From NCBI GenBank assembly GCA_050084985.1, contig JBITNC010000001.1, forward strand, positions 148,924,001 through 148,988,000: DNA of 64,000 nucleotides, given 5' to 3'. Below are positions 54,007 to 64,000 of the stretch, piece after piece. This DNA comes from Nageia nagi. Its lineage: Eukaryota; Plantae; Pinophyta. A program made the translations under genes and the position numbers. Below the pieces are notes generated by a model. It was not told where the DNA came from. It was given only the letters and a program-made list of their open reading frames with translations, and searched no databases. How positions within the stretch are numbered: the stretch's first letter is position 1; the number at the start of each line of letters is the position of its first letter.

Positions 54007-55047
54007 TTCTTGTTCATCTTGAAGATAGTTATTCTGATTGTATAATAAATTTGGTTTCACCAAAACATTTAAGCATGTAAATGCAAATCACAAAAATAAG
54101 GAGAAAAGTTGGTTGTCTAAAAGTTGAAGTAAATAGTGAAAGTCAAAGATAAAGATGAACTAATCCTCATAAAGGCAAGAAAAATATTTAATCAAAGACA
54201 AAAGAAGGGAACAAGGTGTCCACGCCTAAGGGAGAAATAAATAATTAGTGGGATAATCCTCCCTATTCAGTGGTGAACAAGATACACATGAAACATGAGG
54301 CTAGAAATGTAGTTTAAGATGGAGTTGATAAATGCAAATATGCATTTGTTCTAACTATGATAACGCAAGTGGAGGCTATGTTATTTGCTGATTATGCTAT
54401 ATGTGATGAAAGCTAAAATAATACAAATTGATTTTCAGATTCATAATGTGAAACACAATGGAAAGTTTAAAAACATAACCTATATGGTGCAATAGTGGAT
54501 GATACATATTGTTCATGGTTGATGGTTTGTATACCATAGGAATTGTGCCATTGTTCAAAGAGATGAACATAATTACTGCCTTTATGCGATAGTTATAATA
54601 TCTCATGTCTTGCAACCATGTCATCAAGTAGTATAACCCGTGCTTAAACAAACTTTTTGTTGAAGACAATTGCAAGTAGTATTGCAAATATCACTATAAC
54701 GGTTACACATTTCAGTTGTGAGTGAGTCAAGGGAACTAGGATATTATGTTTTTCTTTATCATTGAACAAGTGGGAAAATTGGTTATATAGGTTATTAAGT
54801 ACAATATCATCGAAGTATGGGTCAAAACTATGGAAAAGGATTTGGAGTGCATATGATTACCATCTAAATTATTAGGTTCATGTTCATGTTCGACATGTTT
54901 GAATGAAATTTGGTAGGCTTTGAAGTTGGGAAAATATTTAACATGAAATTTGAGAAAGTACTTAAATGCTAAAATACTATAAAATTATAGATATATCAAA
55001 AATTAAACATTTAAAATATTAAATATTAAATAGTCAAATACTAAAAT

Positions 55048-56499
55048 TGTTATACTCCAAACTAGGGATGATCTGGAATCATGTCAAAGGGGCTCTTCTA
55101 GGCTAGCTAGAAGGCATCTGAACTGGCCAACAACCCATTTATGCACTAAACAAGCCCTATCTAGGCTCCCAAAGTGCAGACATCTAGCCTCCAAGGGCCA
55201 AACTAGTAGATGAAACCTAATGTCCAACCTTAGGTGCACAAACTCAACAATCAAGCATCCAAACATCCAATGTCTTGCTTGATGTGCAATAAAATGCAAT
55301 AATCCTCAAGCAAGCTCAATGTATAGGCTAGGGAGAGTAAGATAACAAGATATTGCAAGCATAAACACCACGTTTAGCCTTCTAGGGCAAGATCTCGAAA
55401 GATAACACAATAATTGAGCCACAAAATGTAATTCAATAATATTGCAATCATAATCAAATTGCATGCCATGTCTCAGAGCAAATGATGACCTAGTTGAAGA
55501 TCTTCAAGATGTAGCTGAGAGCAATGGAATATTACCAAGGTTGTCCCATATATGGGCAAGGCTTGAACCAGGTCTACCTCCTCCGCAAACTGTGGCCAAG
55601 ACACCAAGGTTTTTAGCAATGTTAAGATAATCTAGGGTAATGCCAACACCCCCTAGATAGCTAACAAAGCCTTTGAGGTGTGCTATGCCTTGAAGTAGCG
55701 ATCTGTACAACCTTGAAACCTTGCTAAGTCTCAACACCTCCCTTGTGGGTTTTCGTCCGCAAGAGGCAATGGAAGGAGCTGACACCCACAACGTGAAGAA
55801 GAGAAAAATAATTCTGAACAAGCATATCTTCAAGTAGGTCTCATCCTTCTTTTATTGAATGATTCCATGTGCCTAGGGATCACCACAATTGCCTTTGATA
55901 GGTGAGATGAGCTCTTGGAATGAGACGTCATAATGTGGGTGACTTGGGATTCACGAAATCACATCTAACGGTGCCAATTTGTCCTTCTTGATGTCGTGCC
56001 TTCCTCTTGGAGTCTCTTGCGCCTAGGGATTAGTGTCTCCGTCTTGTGATTCTCTTGCTTTGCCCCTAGGAATGCGTCTAGCTTAGGGGGAGCATAATTA
56101 CTTAAAGAGGCATTAAATTGCCTCGAGATGCCAAATTACAATCATCAAGGCTAGAAATATGCAACGCCTCACTTAAGGAGACTAATATTGCATTTACAAT
56201 AAATAATTGCCTTGGTATTTTACTTACAATAACTATTTGGCATCAATAAATGGTCCATGCAATTAATACGTAAAAATAAGAAATAATGATTTATAGAGTC
56301 AAACATTCCATGTTGGAGAGCCTCCAAGTGGGATAAAATATATAAAAATCCCATAAATATTCCCTAAATTATTGAAATATTCCCAAATTATCCTAAAACT
56401 ATGAAAATACTTCTAAACTGCTAAGAGAGCACCATGAGGGTGCATGTCCCACTTCCTGGTGTTGGAGTGAATGAGACACCCATATTTGGAAATATTACA
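55048..56499. mobile_element. Probable solo LTR (~1.45 kb)
   Basis: Ends tgttatactcc...ggaaatattaca (imperfect inverted repeat); TSD aaaat/aaaaa. The gggttttcgtcc motif is shared with the LTR at about 25258. Confidence 0.6.
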
Positions 56500-56526
56500 A
56501 AAAACATGTAAAGTATTAAATATTTT

Positions 56527-58115
56527 CAAGGTTCCACGGGAACATGTACTCTCTTTTGGAAGGGGCATTCTTGACATTCCCCACATTTAGGAGCAAGGGA
56601 ATGGACATGGGAACGTCTCCTAGGGAACAACATTTGGGAACGTCCAACCATTCTCGAGAGCGGCTAGCCGCTCCTTGACTACTCCCAAGAGCGGCCTGGC
56701 GTTTCTAGCTAGAGATGGACACCCAACCCCAAAAAATAACTTAAATTACACATTTTTACCCTAAAAAACATGGGGTTGGGTCCCACTAATGTTCCCATCC
56801 CCCCAAACCCTAAAAACATAAGCATAAAGCATTGGAGGGTCTCTAGTTGGATGATGAGGAAATCTTATCAGATAGCTTTGTTGAGGAGGATGATATTGAT
56901 TATAATCAAGATATATGATTTTGGCATTTTACTACTATAATTTCAGTGCTACTGTATTTTTAGTATTTCTGATTTGAGATTTTAGAGCTATTGTTATGTA
57001 CTAGAATTAATGACATTATGGCATTATGACATTGATTATGGTTCGCTCATTGTTATACTATGATTCATACTTGATTTCTAATTTAAGTTCCAAGTGTTGT
57101 ATACATCAATGTTTAAAAAACCTGCGATTATCTGTGAATAATCACACTTGACCTAAAAATCGAATAATCGCCCAAAAAAATTGTAAAATCGAATATTCTG
57201 GAATATTTGGATTTTGACTAAACTTTGGCCGAACTTTTGCCCGATAATCGTCAGATTTTGATCGAACTTTTGCAATTATTTGAGAAGACATCAAAAAACT
57301 ATAGTAAATAGTCTAAAATGGAAAAGTTCTATAAGTTGAAGACTTAGGGCCCATTTTTAGTCAATCCAGTCCAAGTTTGGAGGGCGTTGGTTAGATAAGA
57401 GTGTGAATAGGAAAATTGAGAGGCTTCTCAGCAATAGTGTGAGATTGGAGAAAGAGTTGAAGGACACTTCTAGCCAGCTAGCTTATTGTATCACTAAAGT
57501 AGATATATGAAACAAGGGAAAGGACATCTACGGCAGCAACAACAAAGGAAAGAATGAAGGGGAAAAAGAGAGCACATGCTTGATGTGTTTGAGGGGTTTT
57601 TTTTGTTTTTTGTAAATTCAAAGAAACATTGCCAAATGTATTTCAAAATTTACATTCTCACTATGTTAGTATTCAGCCTATGCACTATGCAGTATTTTTA
57701 TATGAAAAACATGTTGTAATCATCTATAATGCAATATTATTTGTTTTGGTAATAAAAAATGGTACTACTTTTCAAAGCAATTGCAAAAATCATTTGAAAA
57801 TATATATATTTGCATTTTTGTTTTGCTAAACTTTTGCTGAATCACTGAATAATCTCCTTAGCAGGGAAAACTATTAGTGTCGAGGAGCGAACTTTTAAAT
57901 ATTGGTATACATGATAGAATTGATAATAATAGTGAATTAGAAATAATGAAATTTAAAAAGTCTAAACATCCTAGGATTTTTTGTTAGTATTATACTAGTC
58001 ATTCCCCCCGCCGTTTTCGGAGCATTCCCTAAAAATGATCTCTGCTACTCGCTTTATTAGGAATGCATTCTCGTTGTTCCCCCACTCCCATGTTCCGAGG
58101 CCCTATGGAACCTTG
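56527..58115. mobile_element. hAT-type non-autonomous element
   Basis: Perfect 10-bp TIR caaggttcca/tggaaccttg; perfect 8-bp TSD aatatttt. Confidence 0.92.
57107..57904. mobile_element. Second hAT-type MITE nested in 56527-58115
   Basis: TIR caatgtttaaaa/ttttaaatattg; perfect 8-bp TSD gtatacat. The paralog at about 41528 has a single copy of the site. Confidence 0.92.
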
Positions 58116-58897
58116 AATATTTTAAACATTTAAAATATTAAGTATTAAAGTTAAATGAAAACTTATATATATGAGCTTAATTCATTCCTCTACGTGTGGT
58201 CATCCCCAACTAGAACCCAATAGGGATGGATATGGAAGTTGGACTTGTGGGAAGCTAACAAGGATGGATATAGAGGCTGGACTTGAGGAGTGCATATTAG
58301 GAAATCCTTGCAAATGTCAATCTTTGTTTCTATTATTTAATGAATGTTGTTGAAAGATCTACTTGTCAACAATTAGAAAATTTGAGAATGAAGGCTTTTG
58401 CCCGACCAATCCAATCCTCCCTATCCATATATACATTAACCTCAATCTATAAAATAATTATTCCTCGTTCGTTGGGTGAGAGCATTTGATTCTTCCCAAT
58501 CAATCCGTTATACTTATCTCATTCTAATTTAGTTGCATGTTCCCCATAAAGGAACCATATAACGAATGCAAGGAATGAATCTCAACAAATTTCAAACTTG
58601 TAGGATGAAATTTGTGGAATTTCATAACATAGACTGTCATCATGGTTTTTCTTATCTACAAATGCTTGTTGATTTAATTTCTTTAGAAATTTTGCCACGA
58701 GAATTATACCACTATCATGTTGAGTTCTGCTTATGTGAAATATTGGTCTATATCGCTCCTGAGATTGTAATGTCCTCAAATTTGTCTTATTCACTTTGAT
58801 CAATAGCGTAGGGATTTATGTCATTTATTTTATGTATTTAATTATATTTGTACTCCCTTGTTTTGTACCCTACACAATTCACCCCAAAATCTTGGGA

Positions 58898-61559
58898 TAT
58901 TGGGGACCCATTGCAACTCACGTCTATGCAACACCACGTTTTATCTTGTGTCTTCTTGTCTCCACCTACTTGGGATCCACATTTCATCCTATCACCTAAG
59001 TGTGTTTAATCGCTCGATCTTAGTCATGTTAGAATGAAAGACAAAATCCTTCAAAAAATGGCTAAGTTTGGAAATTCAAGTTGAGTCTAGGTGAACTAGG
59101 GAAACCCATGTCGAGTTGAAAACGAGTCAAGTGAGTCTGGGCCACTCCTAGGGCCAACACATGCCTCAAAAAGATAAAATCTTGTATTTCTAGGATGTGT
59201 GCTCGGACCAAGGAGTCGTCCAAGTCGAAATCTGAATATGGAAAGGCAAATTGAGCCACTTCTAGGCCCAGGGCATGCCTCAAAAAGACAAAGTTTTGTC
59301 CTTTTTGGACATACGTTTGGCTCTAGGAGGCACGTGGATCGGAAAAAAAGATGAAGAAGGCAAGTTGGAGGCACTTCAAGTTTGGTGCATGCCCCAAAAA
59401 GACAAAATCTTGTCTTTTGGGAGCATGCACTCAAGCTGGAAGGCCGCACAGGTTGAGTTCGAAGATGAGAAAGTGGATTCCAAGTACCCAAGAGGCAAGC
59501 GCATGCCTCAAAAAGACAAAATCTTGCCTTTTGGGGGCATGCACTCATGACAAAAAGGCATCTAGTCCGATCTCATGAGGAAATTTGGCTAAAGCATGGA
59601 CTCCTCAAACCATCATCCAGCTTTAGGCATGGTCCAGGGAGTTAGGAGCACCGTTTCAAAAGACAAAATCTTGTCTTTTTGTAGCATGCTCCTAGCCCAG
59701 GGAGTTAGGAGCACCATTTCAAAAGACAAAATCTTGTCTTTCTGTAGCATGCTCCTAGCCCAGGGAGACATCAGTTCTAGGAAAATGTGAAAATTTGGCT
59801 AAGTCCCACTTGCTAAGGCCCTGAAATAGGACAAAATGGGCAAGAGCAAGCTAACACATGCCTCAAAAAGAAAAAATCTTGTCTTTTTACAACATGCGCT
59901 TAAGCTAGCATGATTGGAGGGTTAGGAGCACTGTTTCAAAAGACAAAATCTTGTCTTTCTGAAGCATGCTCCTAAGGTAGGGAGACACCCAGTTTGATCC
60001 AATGGTGAAAATTGGCTAAGGCATGAAACTTTGAATCTAGTATTTGACTCAAGCATGATTGGAAGGTTGGGTGCACCATTTCAAAAGACAAAATCTTGTC
60101 TTTTTAAAATGTGCGCCAGGTCTGGTAGATGCGCCCAATGATGAAATTTGACAAGTTTGGGCCCTTAAAAGACAAACTCAGGTGATGCAAGGTCAAAGCA
60201 GACGAGTTGGAGAGCCAATATGACAAGTGTGCAAAGGACATGAAGCTTCTAGTTCGGTGCACGCTTTAAAAAGACAAAATCTTGTCTTTTCTAGGCATGC
60301 GCCAGCCCCAAGAGCACACTCGCACCCCCGCATCTAATTTCTGACAAGGACCTTAGAGATGGTGTGCGGTTTGGAGATGGTAGCCAAGTTCTTGGATGAG
60401 GACTTCGAAGATAGCGTTGCAGCCATGGGGCCACCATCATTTTATCTATTTTTAGTTTATTTTATTTTTCACAAAAATCTTTATTTTTCGTAAAAGATTT
60501 TTATTATTATTTTATTCCCAAACATGTGACGGATGAGGATTTGCTCCCACAAGTTTGGAAGGGATCTTGTAATACCATGTGGCATTTTCTTATTGGACCA
60601 TATTTATTTTCCTTGGAACAGGTAATTAGGGTTAGGGCAACACTCTTGGTTGCTCGAAAAACTATTTATACTCCTTGGATGCTCATTTGTAAAGGGGGTA
60701 TTTACACTTTAACAATTTGAAGGAACTTTTGCTTGCAACACAAAAATTCTCTAAATTTGTTAAATGTGGTGTATGTGAATGCAATTAGTTTTATATGCTT
60801 TCATGTTGTAATGCCAAATTCGAATGAATGAATGAATGACAATGTTGTCTAGTTTGTTCTATCACTGCTTTGTGTTAATTTACATCACTTGGTGCATCTT
60901 GTAAATTTCATTTGGAGTGGACAAAAGAATGCTTGGAAATCTTATGAAGTGGTTAATTAGCATCTCGTTGTTGATATTTTATCATTTGCAATCTTAGGCT
61001 TGGCATACTTCAAAATGTCTTGTTGATGTCACTCACAGTAGGAACTTCACCTGGATCATTGATTGTTACCTCCATCTCATCCTATACCATCCTTGCCAGA
61101 ACTTCACGCTCTTTCCACTAGACCATTCGTGTTGTTGGCTAGTGGAATGGATTGAGGGTGCGTGGAACCTACGTCGAGACCCATCAAGTTGACTTTCGAA
61201 GACTTTATCCCAAGCCCTTGAGTATGCGTGCCTATAGTTGCATCCTACTACTCACAGTCTTTCCACCAATTTTTCATTTTTATTTACACTTTTCTGTGAC
61301 TTGCCCACCCTATTTTCTTTTTAGCATTTCCGAGACAATCTTATCTATACATTGAGACAGAGTCCTTTGAATCCACACATGATATTCATGTTGGTGGCAG
61401 CTTCAAACATCTCAGCCAATCCCTAAGTTATCTTCGCCAAGACGTGGAGCTAACCTTTGGGGTAATCAGTCCTCATAGCAAGAAGGAGTAACATTCTTTC
61501 ACCTGAGGTGTTGGAGTTTTTCTCACTACTCTAGGTTAGGAAAGAAAAACCACCCAACA
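58898..61559 (+). mobile_element. Solo-LTR-like element related to 29334-36468 but lacking the ORF (left boundary approximate)
   Basis: The right end aacctttggggt...agtcct...ggaaagaaaaaccacccaaca aligns with 36372-36468. tgtgacggatgag occurs at both 60525 and 35235. No clean TSD found. Confidence 0.6.
59160..60302. repeat. Array of ~9 full palindromic units with core AAAAGACAA-AATC-TTGTCTTTT
   Basis: Cores at about 59168, 59282, 59397, 59511, 59658, 59721, 59866, 59938, 60083 and 60268 (the first two degenerate); partial copies at 59037 and 60167. Confidence 0.9.
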
Positions 61560-64000
61560 ACTTAGGGGAGTGTTCCATAAGGGACCTTGAGATATAATAT
61601 TAAAAACGCTATTTTATTTATTTATGGGTCTCTACACCCAATGTGGGGGTGAATGGGCCACTTAAAGATGCTTTTCCTCTCCCTTGTAGTTGGCTGCCTT
61701 TGGGAGACATTTATTGCAAGTTTGGACATCTATAAATGCAAGTCATTTGCTCATTTGAAGGATCATCATTGTGCATTCGATCTTGGATCATTCGGAGTTT
61801 AGGGATGCTTCCCTTCTATACCTTCTAAGGACTAGGGTTGCTCCCTAGCCTAGAAGTGGCTTAGCTACTTTCATATTCACTTGGAGAGCTTGCGCCAACC
61901 CTAAGGAGCTATCTAGAGACTTGCACCATACATCTTTGCTACTTGGAAGCTTGTGCTAGACATTGGGAGCCATATTGAGTCTAGCGCCAAGCTTGAGAGC
62001 CTTCTTGGGTCTTATGCCAGCCTTTAGGAGTTTTGGTTGAGCATATTGGAGTCTTGGCATTGCCCTAGAACTTGTTACAGCCCTATACTTATTTTTTGTT
62101 GGCTATACATGATATTGGCTCTCATACTACGTCTCAAATGTCAATGAATGTTCTCTATTTGCTGCTGTGATAATATCATTGATTATGCATGGAAATATGT
62201 GTAGATTATAGTGTTTTGGATGCATGTTAATGTTGTGTAACAGATCTGCAATTTGTGCCCTAGTTTGAGCATATTCGCATATTGTATGAGCTTTATATCA
62301 GATTTGACTACTGCTGTTATATTTCAGTTTTGAGCACATGTTTGGATGGTTAATGAGCATATACTTTGATGCCCTAATTTGTGAATGAATGCAGAATTAA
62401 CTAATAAATTGGATGAACACTAGAAAGGTACATTATAGAGATTGTATTTTGGTGTGAGTTGAAATTGTTTTTAGTGATTGAATGTGGGCACTCTGATTTT
62501 AATTTGGGTGTTTTAGAATAAGAGTCCTAGAATGTTATCGTTTTGGCTTTGTTGTCCCAAAACACTAACATTTTGGATTTGTCATCCTAGTATGTTGGCA
62601 TTCTAGGCTTCAAATTCTAGATCGTTGACATTATAGATGGATGCTTTTTATCTTTTAAGAACTTTCCATTTATTCTATGATCTTAAAAAATGTTGTGGAG
62701 ATGTGATCATAGGCAAAAGTGTGTATATAACTTGTGATTCAAAAATGTTGCTCCACACAAACCATCTCAACTATGTTCCATAAATCCTTCAATATTATTG
62801 ATATTTTTACTTTGATTTATAAATTTATTATTGACTATCTTGTATTTGGGCAAATATGACTTTCATTGATCAGTTTTTTAATTTCATTTATGAGTTTGCT
62901 AGATTGGTTGGTGGTATGCCCTTTAGTCTAATGGTAACTATAATATGATGTTTCCCAATGCTAAGCTGGTTTTGTTGTATTGTTGTTATATTGAGCTCTT
63001 TCAGGAAGTAACATGATCAATTGTTTTTGCAATAGATCATTTAAGATTATTCATAGTGGTGGTTTGTAAAAAAGTTTATTCTTTCTTTGAGTTTAAGGCC
63101 TTGTTACTTGAATTAGTTGATCTTTACCTTCAGTTGCAATCATTGTGTTATTACCATTGTTCTTTATAGGATAGGGCTTTTCAGCATTGTAACATATCAG
63201 GCCTTGGATAGGATTGCAAGAAACCAAATGAGATTAACTTCAAGTAATGCCAAAATTGCATGCAAGACACAAATAAATAGACCAAACATGTTGCATTCCA
63301 ATTCACCTTCTAAGGGTGGCTGTTGAGCTACACCATGACTCCTAATCTACCACATTCCTACACTTCGTAGGATTACAATGAAGACCAAAGGACAAATCCA
63401 AAAATTCTTATTTTTTCCAATGTTGGGCGAGTTTTTTTGTTGGACTTGCAAAGTTTTTAAAAACTTTGTCCAAAAAAGTTTGCGATTTAAAAAAAAAAAA
63501 AAAAAAAAAGCTTAGTAAGTAAAAAAACTCATCAATCTGACCCTGAGCGACTTGGATAAGTTGACTTACGCTCAAACTTGACTAGTTTTTAAAAACTTGT
63601 TGAGTTTCGTATCATTGATCTAGAGAGATGTTTACTATTCTTTCCCTTGGCCAATGGACACATTTGGAGCGATCGAAGAATAAGGTTCATATGTTATCAT
63701 CATTGTTTGCAAAATTCATACTCATTTAGAAATTATTTAATAAAGGGGTTAGTATTACTCGAAGGAGCATCAACAAGCTAATTAGTAATAAATTGGCTTT
63801 TGACAAATTTTTTATTTATAAAAACTAATCAAATTCTTATGAAAGCCACATTTAATAGCTCCACCTTTTAATAGTGCTATGTTTTTGTTCTTCTGTCCTA
63901 GTGCTATCACCATTGTTAGTACTTTTATCAAAATAAGAATTAGCACAAAGATAAGAATTAAAATGCTTTTTGGAGTGGAAGGATTTTGATTTAGAGTTGA

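Noticed and set aside
59160-60302. CRISPR array
   Set aside because: Eukaryotic intron, no cas genes, degenerate repeats, and irregular spacers that resemble one another.
61561-62700. PPT-like aggggag followed by an LTR-like segment starting tgttccataagg
   Set aside because: No partner LTR, right end or TSD identified.
63418-63617. Possible MITE or SINE around the poly-A run
   Set aside because: Weak termini, no TSD and no pol III boxes seen.
51078-64000. Further DNA-PKcs exons (e.g. 51264-51485, 63117-63326)
   Set aside because: No recognisable FAT or kinase similarity; the candidate acceptor near 51292 meets a stop after 14 codons. A short divergent exon cannot be excluded.
1-64000. Antisense orientation bias of intronic TEs
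   Set aside because: Orientable elements split roughly evenly between strands; too few to test.

Overview
Eukaryotic, AT-rich land-plant genomic DNA, probably from a large-genome non-flowering seed plant such as a gymnosperm (inference). The whole window lies inside one + strand gene: the central part of DNA-PKcs (PRKDC), the PIKK kinase of NHEJ. Eleven GT-AG exons (4117-51077) join in phase and encode N/M-HEAT solenoid, PQR- and ABCDE-like phosphorylation regions and the start of the FAT domain. They include a 4,067-bp exon and an apparent +1 frameshift at about 48873 inside the S/T-Q cluster. Introns are either tiny (125-187 bp) or large (1.2-18.8 kb). Most large ones hold nested transposons whose ends and target-site duplications (TSDs) can be read directly: two copia elements, a full-length chromovirus with TG...AA termini, gag-protease-only gypsy derivatives, solo LTRs, an hAT element and hAT-type MITEs. 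The most unusual structure is a pair of related elements ending in CAACA: 29334-36468 and about 58898-61559. Each carries a periodic array of inverted repeats. The first also carries a degenerate ~1,150-codon ORF of unknown function behind a strong splice acceptor; the second lacks it. Homology calls come from recognising motifs from memory; no searches were run.
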